This document shows positions 38,245 through 47,923 of a DNA stretch of 64,000 bases, piece after piece. Each line of letters starts with the position of its first letter. Positions within the stretch are counted from its first letter, which is position 1. The DNA lies in IMG/VR virus record IMGVR_UViG_2558860226_000001, positions 36,780-100,779 of that record, one strand, 5' to 3'. The translations under genes were made by a program, and so were the position numbers. This DNA is from a virus (lineage: Duplodnaviria; Caudoviricetes). The notes beneath the pieces were generated by a model that was not told where the DNA came from, ran no database searches, and saw nothing but the letters and a program-made list of their open reading frames with translations.

Positions 38245-39522
38245 ATGTCACTTACTGATACTAAAGTAAAAAATGCCAAGCCGTCAGAAAAGGCGGTGAA
38301 GCTCACTGACGGGTTCGGCCTCTACTTGCTGGTTCATCCCAATGGTTCCAAATACTGGCAGTTAGGCTATCGCTTTGAAGGAAAACAGAAGGTGTTTTCC
38401 ATTGGCGTCTACCCGGCTGTTTCACTGGCTGATGCCAGACAACGACGGGATGAGGCAAAAAAGCTGTTAGCGGCTGGCGTTGACCCCAGCGCTAAAAAGC
38501 AGGCTGACAACAAAACTATTCAAGAGCGACGTAACAATACCCGCGCTTTCAAAACTGTTGCTAAGAGCTGGTTTGCCACCAAAACCACATGGTCGGAAGA
38601 TTATCAGCGTTCTGTTTGGACACGTATTGAAACCTATCTGTTTCCTGACATCGGTAACAAGGACATTGCTGAACTGGATACAGGCGATCTGCTGGTTCCC
38701 ATCAAAAAGATAGAAAAGCTGGGCTATCTGGAAATCGCTATGCGGGTGAAACAGTACGCCACTGCCATTATGCGCTATGCCGTCCAGCAAAAGATGATCC
38801 GCTTTAACCCTGCCTATGATTTGGAAGGTGCGGTTCAGAAACCACAAACGGAACACCGCCCCGCTATCGAGCTGGAAGAGATACCTACCCTGTTGGAACG
38901 CATTGAAGGCTATCAGGGACGTAGCAGGCTGACCCTGCTGGCGATAAAACTCACTCTGTTGATATTTATTCGCTCCAGTGAACTACGCTTTGCCCGATGG
39001 TCAGAGATCGATTTCAAAAGCGGTTTGTGGGTTATCCCTGAACAGCGTGAAGCCATTGAAGGGATCAAACATTCGGGCCGTGGTGCCAAAATGCGCAGGA
39101 AGCATTATGTTCCCTTATGCCATCAAGCACTGGCAATTTTGGAAGAGCTTAAAGGCCTCACCTATGACGTTAACGGTGATGACGGCTTTATCCTGACTGG
39201 CTGTTATGATGCGATGAAGCCAATGAGTGAAAACACCATCAATAAGGCACTACGCAAAATGGGCTATGACACCAAAACCGATCTGTGCGGTCACGGCTTT
39301 CGAACGCTGGCCTGTAGTGCCTTGATTGAATCGGGTATCTGGCCTGAAGATGTGGTAGAGCTTCAAATGAGCCACATGGAAAAGAACAACGTTCGCGCTG
39401 CCTACACTCACAAGGCCAAACACCTTGAACAACGCCGCCTGATGCTGCAATGGTGGGCTGATTTTCTGGACGCTAACCGGAATGGGATGGTCAGGCCGTT
39501 TGAGTTTGCACAGAAGGGATAA
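38245..39522 (+). CDS. P4-family tyrosine integrase
   Basis: LTDTKVKNAKP arm domain; RSSELR, HGFR, QMSH, AAY. Confidence 0.96.
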   Translation: MSLTDTKVKNAKPSEKAVKLTDGFGLYLLVHPNGSKYWQLGYRFEGKQKVFSIGVYPAVSLADARQRRDEAKKLLAAGVDPSAKKQADNKTIQERRNNTRAFKTVAKSWFATKTTWSEDYQRSVWTRIETYLFPDIGNKDIAELDTGDLLVPIKKIEKLGYLEIAMRVKQYATAIMRYAVQQKMIRFNPAYDLEGAVQKPQTEHRPAIELEEIPTLLERIEGYQGRSRLTLLAIKLTLLIFIRSSELRFARWSEIDFKSGLWVIPEQREAIEGIKHSGRGAKMRRKHYVPLCHQALAILEELKGLTYDVNGDDGFILTGCYDAMKPMSENTINKALRKMGYDTKTDLCGHGFRTLACSALIESGIWPEDVVELQMSHMEKNNVRAAYTHKAKHLEQRRLMLQWWADFLDANRNGMVRPFEFAQKG

Positions 39523-39731
39523 ATTTGACTCTTGCTCAAATTTGAGTAAGATAACTGTGAGGCTTAATAAGAGCAGGGCTATCGGATATCACGGTGATAT
39601 TGGTTCGATAGTGTGGATTGTAAGGTTCACCGACCTTATGGTAGCGGTAATCGTAAATGCAAGTTTATGATTGGCATGTGACCCAACTCAAAGAGAGTTA
39701 GCTAAGCAAGCGCTGCGACTACCAACCTCAA

Positions 39732-39770
39732 TAATGAAAAAGGTGTTCTGAAAAGAGCACCTTTTTCATT
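39732..39770. terminator. Bidirectional terminator
   Basis: AATGAAAAAGGTGTTCT-GAAA-AGAGCACCTTTTTCATT. Confidence 0.7.
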
Positions 39771-40261
39771 TATAGAACAGAAACTTGTGCTACCAATGTA
39801 CCGTTTGGGTTTATGTTACGATATGCCGTAACAACGCTATAAATAAGGCTACCCTCATCATTGGGGCTGTCAAATGCCGCTAACACAGCACATCCTTTAC
39901 GCCCTCTCAGAACAACCACTCGGTGGTATCCTCCCATTTCCGAGAATTCACATACTATCCCTGCCTGATGAACAATAATCTCGGATACAAAACGAGGGAC
40001 ATCATGGATGGTAGGAAATCCCCACTGAATAAGCTTAGATCCTCGCTCTGACCAGATATGCCTAACACCAAAGCCTTTGTGAGGACCAATATGCTTACCC
40101 GCACGAAGAAAAATCTTCCCTCCGAGTTGGTTGAACTGTTTACTGGTTATTTTTACTTCACCCCAATGCTCAGTATTGTTCACCGGATGCAAAATATTAT
40201 GATTTTCATGGAAAACATAATCAGCAGGAATTTCCATTAACTTATTATTATGTCTATTCAA
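39770..40261 (-). CDS. Hypothetical protein, possible BECR-fold RNase
   Basis: G..KGFGVRHIW and terminal YSVVTAY strand. Confidence 0.5.
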   Translation of the reverse strand: MNRHNNKLMEIPADYVFHENHNILHPVNNTEHWGEVKITSKQFNQLGGKIFLRAGKHIGPHKGFGVRHIWSERGSKLIQWGFPTIHDVPRFVSEIIVHQAGIVCEFSEMGGYHRVVVLRGRKGCAVLAAFDSPNDEGSLIYSVVTAYRNINPNGTLVAQVSVL

Positions 40262-40362
40262 ACTGCCATTCCCTATGCATTATCATATCATCACAATGAA
40301 CGAAAGATTGTAGCCAGATCCGTGATGCTAAAGCAACGTCAAACTCTTATCCAGATCAGGTT

Positions 40363-40471
40363 AGGTCAAACACCTTGAACAACGCCGCCTGATGCTACAA
40401 AGGAGAACTGATGCTTTATGTTGCCGGAAAGCAATAGTGAGACCGTTTGAGTTTGCGCAGAAGGGATAAAT
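40363..40471 (+). pseudogene. Degenerate duplicate of the integrase 3' end
   Basis: 30 bp identical to 39417-39446; CCGTTTGAGTTTGC.CAGAAGGGATAAAT matches int end. Confidence 0.9.
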
Positions 40472-40563
40472 AACCGCCACGGATGGCTGATATTCCACTC
40501 AACTATTTCGTTAATGATGCGCTATAATCATCGTCTAAATAACACATAGTATGAGGCCAAATC

Positions 40564-40773
40564 GTGGATGAAAGATATATCATTATCCCGCATAAAACCA
40601 ATCTATCATATAGATTTGACGGCAATGAAGAGGTTACTATTGAATTAGAAATGCACCTGATTTTCGATACCGTTAATCAACGAGTTATTACTGTTTGCAA
40701 CTCATTGGAAGAAGCACAGATAAAGATTGAAGAGTTAAAAAGACAAGTTAGCTCAAGACCTCGTATGAAATAA
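40564..40773 (+). CDS. Hypothetical 69-aa protein
   Basis: GAGG SD + GTG. Confidence 0.5.
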   Translation: MDERYIIIPHKTNLSYRFDGNEEVTIELEMHLIFDTVNQRVITVCNSLEEAQIKIEELKRQVSSRPRMK

Positions 40774-41176
40774 AAGGCATTACGTTATATATCCTATGAT
40801 GCTCTTTAATCAGTGGAGCATCAAAATACGCATACATATTGCTACCATCAGGAAATACATACCAACAGCAGCCATTGGATTTATGTCCCCATTCTTCACG
40901 AAAAAACCCTTTTCGAATATTGACACCTTCAGGCCAATCAGTGATTTTTTCTATCAAAAAAGAGTTATCATCTTTCATTGTTAACGAGAATAAAGAAAAC
41001 TCCTCAACATCAACGATAAAAGGCATCTTTACATATCTCTGATAAACCTTTCCATCTTTATGCAAAAAGAACAGTTCTTTACCACACCAAGGGATTTTAT
41101 TTTGATCATATTTAGCTGAATCGAGTTCTTTTACATTATCAGGCCAGTTGTTTTGTACGTTAATTAATATTTTCAT
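40748..41176 (-). CDS. Unknown-family protein A (paralogue of 41433-41941)
   Basis: SD AGGTG + ATG; gap-free similarity to neighbour. Confidence 0.75.
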   Translation of the reverse strand: MKILINVQNNWPDNVKELDSAKYDQNKIPWCGKELFFLHKDGKVYQRYVKMPFIVDVEEFSLFSLTMKDDNSFLIEKITDWPEGVNIRKGFFREEWGHKSNGCCWYVFPDGSNMYAYFDAPLIKEHHRIYNVMPFISYEVLS

Positions 41177-41432
41177 TTAAACACCTATGTTATTTGTGAT
41201 TTATTATTTATTATCAATAGCAAGTTTTTTTGTCAAATTTCACTCTCATCATATAACATCGTAACACAAGAGTTAAATTCAATATCAAAAACATAGGTCA
41301 ATTAATTTCATCCCTAGCACCAATAAAATAAATTTGACACACCTTAATTTTCACTATAATAAACATTACAAATAAGTTAATTACCATAAGAATTATTATC
41401 TATACGACAATTTAAAAAGAGGAATATTCAAT

Positions 41433-41941
41433 ATGAAATATAAACTAAAAATAATAGATGAGTGGCGTGAAATAGCAGAAAAAAAGTCGACTTTACTTAT
41501 ATAAACTTGTTTGACTGGGAAGTTACTCCAATACCTACACCTCTAGAAAGAAAAAAAGTAAGAACACATTTTTTCCTTGATGAAGGAATAGTTTATGAGT
41601 GCATAATCATGTGTCCGATTCTTGCGGATTACCCAGACAATACACTATTTAAGATTGATGCTATAGATTCCAGCACATTTATATTAGATACAGATTGCGA
41701 GTGGCCTGATGGTGTTTCACCAACATCGGGGGTTGTTCCTAAATCAAAATCTAACAGTTCTGATTTTTTCTATACTTTCATGATGCCAAATGAGCGAGAG
41801 GTAGTACCCGCTCATTTGGAAATAAATATAATGAGAAGGTATTGTAAAGAACATAAGAAAAAATCTGCAAATCCTATGATAACGATAGAAGAGATTAGCG
41901 AATATCAAGACCAATATTCAACTGGCGGCAGTCTTCCATAG
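41433..41941 (+). CDS. Unknown-family protein B, split by a -1 frameshift at A-AAA-AAG (41480-41486)
   Basis: GAGG SD + ATG MKYKLKIIDEW; -1 frame joins the 41507 ORF. Confidence 0.7.
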
Positions 41942-42240
41942 CGATATCAAGCTCTCAAGGTCAGAAATTTACCGACCGCAGGTTTTTCTGTCTCGCGTTT
42001 AGCAATTGACTAGCACCAATCCTAGCCTTACATTGCAGCCGATCAGGTACGAAACCTTATCACAACTCACCTGAACACCCGTTTCGCCCCTGAAAGGTAC
42101 GCCAATACCAGACAGGGGCTAACCACACCGTTATGGAGCTAACGCTATGGCTGTTTATCAGTTTACCCATTCCCCACCTGAAAATCTGCATCTGGATACG
42201 GGCTTTTTTACTTCGGGCCAGTCTGTTCTGGAGGTGTGTT

Positions 42241-42435
42241 ATGTTCGATAACACGCCGCTGGAACCAGAAGAAATTATCGATCAGTGTCGGGCATTGATT
42301 TACGCTGTTGTTGAAATTGATAATCCCCAAGCCAAAGAGATACTGAGTTTTGTGCTGTGGGAGCGTCTTGATTTCCTGTATCGGACATGTCATTCCGAAA
42401 GCACTGACGACACAGAGGGTGAATTTCAGGCATAA
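42241..42435 (+). CDS. Small conserved-looking island protein
   Basis: GGAGG SD; MFDNTPLEPEEIIDQCRAL. Confidence 0.6.
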   Translation: MFDNTPLEPEEIIDQCRALIYAVVEIDNPQAKEILSFVLWERLDFLYRTCHSESTDDTEGEFQA

Positions 42436-42526
42436 CAGATAGATATGAAAACGTCAGATCTGCCTTGCGGTGGATCTGACTTTTAAACGATGTTATGGAT
42501 AATACAGAGTGAAAACAAATGCTCTG

Positions 42527-44137
42527 TCAGTTTGATGAACAGAATACAGGCTCATTCCAGTTTGATGCATAACCTCCGCCGCACCCTTCACCTAATGTAC
42601 GCCATGAACTCCAGTCGCCATTATGTTCAACACGCCCCACTTCGAGAGGCCATTGTCCACCACAATAATTTGCACAAACCTTAATGGAATTACCATCAGC
42701 CGCTTTCCAGAGACCATTAACACAGGAAAGAATCGCGCCATTTGCTGCTCTGCCCTGTAAGCCATTCGGTGAACATCCCCAACCAACATTGGCTACGCCA
42801 TTTATCTGTAAAAACTCTCCAGCACTTATTCGGTTTGATGCCCAAATATCGCCCTGAGAATTCATTGTGGCTTTAACCTCTGTATTCGTCTTATTTGTAG
42901 TATAAATTGTCGAGGATGATCTGATATTGTTGTCAGATTCAATATTTCCAGAAGCATAAATATAACCATCTTTAGTCATAAAGGCTTTGGTTGAAGACTC
43001 ACTTCCGGTGTAAATACTGTTTCTGGCGTAAAGGCTATCCCCCGTGCTGATACTTCCATTGGCTGTAATGGTTTGTCCTGAAAAAATATTTCCAGAAGCA
43101 TCAACATTTCCGTTTGAATGGACATAACCACCATATAACCCGCCACTGGTCTGAACATTCTTGCCGCCATAAGCGTTAATGGTTGCCGTATCTGCCATAT
43201 TCCAGCCACCGCCGTATTTCTGGAAATAAATCCCGCCATCACCTAATGTTCTGAACCAGTTTTGCGTATAGGTTTCACCACGAGATACTACAGTTGTGCC
43301 TGAAACAGTATTATTGGTATTGATATTTCCGTTAACCTGAGTGTTCCCCGCCACGGTTAGATCCGCACCTACTGTCGCCTCGCCCACAGTCTTAAGTATT
43401 CCCGTTGTCGTTGTCCCAGCCGCAGTGATGTTCTGAGCGTTATATATATTCTGACCACCCATATTCAGATCGCCCGTCATAGGGAGTGTTCCATCACGAC
43501 GCAGGTAAACAGAATACATTGCAGAATCATATCCCACACGATAAGCCAGAAGCCCCGCAGCGGTGATATTGCTGTAGTCCGTAGAGAGTTCTGACCATTG
43601 ACCACCATAACCTGATGCAGCGGTATCTGTTTTTGTCATTCCACTGTCAATTCCCGCTGTCTGCATCGCTTTGCCCAACAAGTCATAACGGACTTTCCCG
43701 CCATCAGCCCATACGTTCGTAGTCGTAATCAGGCCATTAATGATGTAGTTGGGAACGTTCCCTGAACGTCTCAAAAAAATTTTATATGAAGACTTTTGCG
43801 CATTAACACCAGAAAAAGAGGAAGGTAATAACCCTTCATTCACCAGTGTTTGATAAGTAATCTCGCAGACTGACCCCGAACACGTTCTTGGACCCGGATC
43901 ACTTGACTGGCTGCTACTGGATGTCAGGGTAGAAAGCTTGTCATAACGGATATTGATATAGCCATTTACCGCCTCACCCATTTGCTTTATCTGTTCACCC
44001 ACGGCTTTAGCAACAACAGTTTCCTGTTCATTTTTCATATCCTGAAATTTCATAAAAGTCACTGTTGTTCCAACACCCAGCACCAAAATGAGTTCTAACA
44101 GTGAGAACCCTTTCTTATTTTGTTTTTTCATTTTCAT
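42527..44137 (-). CDS. PilV-like (Shufflon-N) type IV pilus tip adhesin
   Basis: KKGFSLLEL prepilin site; YLRRDGTLPMTGDLNMGG; CSPNGL..G.ILSCVNGLW. Confidence 0.88.
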   Translation of the reverse strand: MKMKKQNKKGFSLLELILVLGVGTTVTFMKFQDMKNEQETVVAKAVGEQIKQMGEAVNGYINIRYDKLSTLTSSSSQSSDPGPRTCSGSVCEITYQTLVNEGLLPSSFSGVNAQKSSYKIFLRRSGNVPNYIINGLITTTNVWADGGKVRYDLLGKAMQTAGIDSGMTKTDTAASGYGGQWSELSTDYSNITAAGLLAYRVGYDSAMYSVYLRRDGTLPMTGDLNMGGQNIYNAQNITAAGTTTTGILKTVGEATVGADLTVAGNTQVNGNINTNNTVSGTTVVSRGETYTQNWFRTLGDGGIYFQKYGGGWNMADTATINAYGGKNVQTSGGLYGGYVHSNGNVDASGNIFSGQTITANGSISTGDSLYARNSIYTGSESSTKAFMTKDGYIYASGNIESDNNIRSSSTIYTTNKTNTEVKATMNSQGDIWASNRISAGEFLQINGVANVGWGCSPNGLQGRAANGAILSCVNGLWKAADGNSIKVCANYCGGQWPLEVGRVEHNGDWSSWRTLGEGCGGGYASNWNEPVFCSSN

Positions 44138-44313
44138 CGTCCTTTTTATTTTCACGTACTATTCAATTAACAAAAATGAAAAAGTGGTCAAGAGCAGGAA
44201 ATGTAAATCCATAAAAAACGAATAATAAGGCATCAAACACATTGATAGTGTCTGCATTATTTTATCGTTTATAGTATGATGTGTATGACGTTCAACATTC
44301 AGGATAAATGATA

Positions 44314-44715
44314 ATGAGTGAAGCCCTAAAAATATTAAATAACATTCGTACCCTTCGTGCTCAGGCTCGTGAAACCGATCTGGCAACACTGGAAGAAATG
44401 CTGGAAAAACTGACCGCCATTGTTGAAGACCGGCGTGAAGAAGAAGCCAGCGCACAGCAACAAAACGCGGAGCGTCAGGCTAAAATCGAAGCCTTACGCG
44501 CCAGACTGCTGGAAGATGGTATTGATCCGTCTGAACTGCTCGACGCAGGTGTTACCAGCAAAACAGCAAAAGCCAAACGCACTCCCCGTCCCGCTAAATA
44601 CAAATATACCGACGAAAACGGCAACGAACAGACGTGGACAGGTCAGGGACGGACACCTAAAGCTATCGCAGCAGCGTTGGAAAGTGGTAAAACACTGGAA
44701 GACTTTGCTATTTAA
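44314..44715 (+). CDS. H-NS/StpA paralogue
   Basis: [20 protein letters not shown]; TWTGQGRTP. Confidence 0.95.
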   Translation: MSEALKILNNIRTLRAQARETDLATLEEMLEKLTAIVEDRREEEASAQQQNAERQAKIEALRARLLEDGIDPSELLDAGVTSKTAKAKRTPRPAKYKYTDENGNEQTWTGQGRTPKAIAAALESGKTLEDFAI

Positions 44716-44841
44716 TTATATGACTCCCTGTTGTATTTGGTGCAATGGGGAGTCACTTAATTGGACAGGCTGTTCTGTGCCAAAAGCAGACATTGACATA
44801 TGCTAATTTATGGAGAGCAGTCAATTGAGGAATTTTAAAAA

Positions 44842-45096
44842 ATGTTTGCTAATCGAATAAGGAATTTTGGAAAGGCATTTGAAGGTAGATTAGAGCCTTT
44901 TCTACTTGAAGGTGCTTTGGACTATATAAACTTTAACGAAGAACCATTAGCCTTTGAAATCTTATGCGAACATATTTGTGAGTATGAAGTACAGCTTAGC
45001 CAAACTGAATATGATGAAGCTATAGCATTGGCTAAACATATGGGGTTGGATGTATTGGATGAACCCTACAAGCACTTAGCTGGCTTGATTGTATAA
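44842..45096 (+). CDS. Orphan MafI-like immunity protein
   Basis: 84-aa acidic helical protein; NEEPLAFEILCEHICEYEV. Confidence 0.65.
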   Translation: MFANRIRNFGKAFEGRLEPFLLEGALDYINFNEEPLAFEILCEHICEYEVQLSQTEYDEAIALAKHMGLDVLDEPYKHLAGLIV

Positions 45097-45308
45097 TGAG
45101 TCGATTTGACCTGCTCCCCTTTGCTTAAGACGCATCGATGTAAGTATGCATTCCGAACTTCTGCTCCTCGCTCAGAGCAGACAGTCATATTATTCTGTCA
45201 CGCCTACTACCTTAGACAAGCTACCGCGCCCTCTAGGGCTTGCTCAACAGCTCACCGACCTAAAAGCAAGTTTTAGGCCGGTTCACCGTTCGGACGTGAA
45301 AAAAATAA

Positions 45309-45592
45309 TTAACATTTGGATTTATTTATAACATTTTCGATATAGACTTGGCCCTGTGCTTTATACCTTTCAATATCACGCTCAGGTAGATTAGATATAT
45401 TGAGCAGAACACCAAAGACTAATTCTTTATCTACATAACCAATATCACAACCTAAGACTTTGGCAACCTCTGCACCGAAAATAATTTTCTGGCGTGTGTT
45501 TTCTTTTTTGTTTGTTGTTTCTTTTTAGCTTCCAAGAAATATAAACGTTCCTGTGCTGAAGCAATTTGTTGTTTGATATCTTTTCTGGTCAT
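45309..45592 (-). CDS. TraD/MobC-like relaxosome accessory protein, split by a -1 frameshift at A-AAA-AAG (45509-45503)
   Basis: Manual translation MTRKDIKQQIASAQERL...KK/ENTRQKIIFGAEVAK...ELVFGVLL. Confidence 0.7.
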
Positions 45593-45846
45593 TTATGTTC
45601 TCCCCAATGTTTTTTCTTGTTGGCATAAGGGACATCCGCATAATAATAACCATTACCAATTTTTTTCTTGATTGACTTAATTTTCAATTTAAATTGTTGC
45701 TTTATCTGGCGCTGTTTTGCTTGTTCCCTTATCTGGTTTACTAGTTTCTCTGCCTCTAAATAGGCTTGTTCTGTATTGGTATAGATCCCATCATCTAAAA
45801 GTCGCTTGGCTTCCCAATCAATAGCTTCATCATTATTTTTATACAT
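45589..45846 (-). CDS. Hypothetical protein coupled to traD/mobC
   Basis: GGAGG SD; ATGA overlap. Confidence 0.65.
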   Translation of the reverse strand: MYKNNDEAIDWEAKRLLDDGIYTNTEQAYLEAEKLVNQIREQAKQRQIKQQFKLKIKSIKKKIGNGYYYADVPYANKKKHWGEHK

Positions 45847-46121
45847 TACACCTCCTTGTATTTGTTATATATTATCATTTATCATATTTTTGATAATTAT
45901 CAATACAGGAAGATGATTTTATTTAATGAAAACCACAAGTCAGAATTTATACCTTACACCACAGCATTAACGCCGATTAAAACCAATACGGCTTCATTCA
46001 GTTCTCCGAGTTTCAAGTTTTTGTCTCACGCGACTACAAAATTTCTGGCCGCTCACCCAAAGAAAATCTAATAGACCATTGTATTTTAATGCATTTATTT
46101 CTCGCTCTTTCGGCTTGACTC

Positions 46122-46160
46122 TATACCCATATAGGTATAAATTATTCCCATATGGATATA
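46122..46160. promoter_or_regulatory. Tandem palindromic operators of TA operon
   Basis: TATACCCATATAGGTATA and TATTCCCATATGGATATA next to TTGACT -35. Confidence 0.65.
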
Positions 46161-46177
46161 ACAACACAGATGATGCG

Positions 46178-46534
46178 ATGCTTAAAAATTTGTATTGGAT
46201 TGCCAGCGCAAGGAAAGACATGAAGGAAATGCCTGAAGAGGTTCAGGATGTTTTCGGCTATGCCCTGCATTTGGCTCAATGTGGGAAAAAGCACAGCGAT
46301 GCCAAAGTGATGACCGGATTTAGCGGTGCTGGCGTTCTTGAGGTCGTTGAGGATTACGAAACTGATACGTATCGGGCTGTTTATACAGTTAAAATTGAAG
46401 ATGCCGTATATGTTTTGCATGTGTTTAAGAAAAAATCTAAAAAAGGCATCGCAACACCAAAACCAGATATGGATAAGATCCGTGAAAGGTTGAAACAGGC
46501 TGAAGAACACGCAAATAGTTTAAGAGGAAAATAA
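46178..46534 (+). CDS. RelE/HigB-family (Gp49-like) toxin
   Basis: FGYALHLAQ.G, TYRAVY, YVLHVF.KKSKKGIATP. Confidence 0.88.
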   Translation: MLKNLYWIASARKDMKEMPEEVQDVFGYALHLAQCGKKHSDAKVMTGFSGAGVLEVVEDYETDTYRAVYTVKIEDAVYVLHVFKKKSKKGIATPKPDMDKIRERLKQAEEHANSLRGK

Positions 46535-46535
46535 C

Positions 46536-46865
46536 ATGAAAAACAAAATCGAAGTTAGCAGTGGTAATGTCTATGAAGATCTGGATCTACCAGATTCAAC
46601 AACTATGTTTTTAAAGGCCCAGCTTGCATCCAAAATCACTGATATTATTAAAGATAACCACTATACACAAAATCAAGCAGCAGAAATTCTCGGTATCCCT
46701 CAATCCAAACTCTCCGGGCTGATGCGTGGACAGTTCCGAGGTGTTAGTGAGCTTAAAATGATGGAATGTCTACTCAGACTTGGACTCGATGTTGAAATTG
46801 TTGTAAGAGAACAAAGTAGTGAAAAAAAATCATCCAGCCTAATCCCTAGGGTTATTTTTGCCTGA
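46536..46865 (+). CDS. HigA-like XRE antitoxin
   Basis: SSGNVYEDL, TQNQAAEILGIPQSKLS. Confidence 0.88.
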   Translation: MKNKIEVSSGNVYEDLDLPDSTTMFLKAQLASKITDIIKDNHYTQNQAAEILGIPQSKLSGLMRGQFRGVSELKMMECLLRLGLDVEIVVREQSSEKKSSSLIPRVIFA

Positions 46866-47021
46866 TGAGAAGATTGATTAGAAGGATATTAAATTTCATA
46901 TAGATTTATAAAAAATAAAATTTTCTGCAGATCTAAAACCCCAACTTTATTTGTTGATTTTTTTACCTCTTTGTGTTATTAGTGCTTGCATATTTTAGAT
47001 TAATAATCATTTGACGATTTT

Positions 47022-47921
47022 ATGGAAATATCAAAAAATAAAGTATGGGAAGCAAAGGAATGGGAAAGTCACGTCAATGATCTTCTCCGGCTTAAATTCG
47101 GAGAAGAAAATTATATTCCGATACCTGATTTTCATAATGGGGATGCAGGAATTGAGGGATATTGCATACAAGGGTATGCATTTCAGTCTTATTGTCCCGA
47201 TGAGGCATGTACGGTTGATAAGTTGTATGATAAACAAAGAGATAAAATGACAGCGGATGTTGGAAAATTTATTTTAGATAAAAATGGTTATTTGAAAAAT
47301 ATATTAAAAAACACAAAAATAAAGCGTTGGATTTTAGTAGTACCAAGACATTTATCAAAAAATTTGAATGTGCATGCAACAAATAAAGAAAGTGATATTT
47401 TATCAGCTGAATTACCTTATATCGATAAGGATGATTTTAAAGTATTGATTTGGGATCGAGATAATTTTAAAAAAGAAGAGGACGAGTTAATTAGCAGTGG
47501 GCTTAGATTATTGAAAATTGAAGTACCACGAGTGGATATGTCTGATATTTTTCATCTCAAAGATAGCAGTGAGTTTGGCGATAATATATCAAGAAAACTT
47601 AGAAAAATCAGGAATGATGAAAGCCAAGTTCAGAATGCATCAACAATGCTATTAAGAAATATTGTTATGTATAAAAATATTATGAGCGATCTTAAAGATA
47701 ACTATCCAATTTTACATGAGAAAATAACAAACGGTATTCTGGATCGCGAGCAAGATTTGTCTTTAGCATTTTTTGATGCTAATATTTTGGCTCCGAATCA
47801 GCAAATTGAATTTCTAAATAATAAACTTAAAGAATTTAGTCGCCTTCATCAAGATAATCTAAAATGTATCTCAACTGGAGTAGTTGGTGATTGGCTAATG
47901 CGTTGTAATTTGGATTTTTAA
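47022..47921 (+). CDS. Lamassu/ABC-3C effector (LmuA-like), PD-(D/E)xK-type nuclease + CTD
   Basis: WE...GDAGIEG...FQSY; C-terminal GDWLMRCNLDF. Confidence 0.75.
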   Translation: MEISKNKVWEAKEWESHVNDLLRLKFGEENYIPIPDFHNGDAGIEGYCIQGYAFQSYCPDEACTVDKLYDKQRDKMTADVGKFILDKNGYLKNILKNTKIKRWILVVPRHLSKNLNVHATNKESDILSAELPYIDKDDFKVLIWDRDNFKKEEDELISSGLRLLKIEVPRVDMSDIFHLKDSSEFGDNISRKLRKIRNDESQVQNASTMLLRNIVMYKNIMSDLKDNYPILHEKITNGILDREQDLSLAFFDANILAPNQQIEFLNNKLKEFSRLHQDNLKCISTGVVGDWLMRCNLDF

Positions 47922-47923
47922 TC

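Noticed and set aside
42527-42760. Shufflon at the pilV 3' end
   Set aside because: No sfx repeats, alternative C-terminal cassettes or rci gene seen.
45107-45145. Intact IS element
   Set aside because: Only a short IS3-like end resemblance; no transposase or second end.
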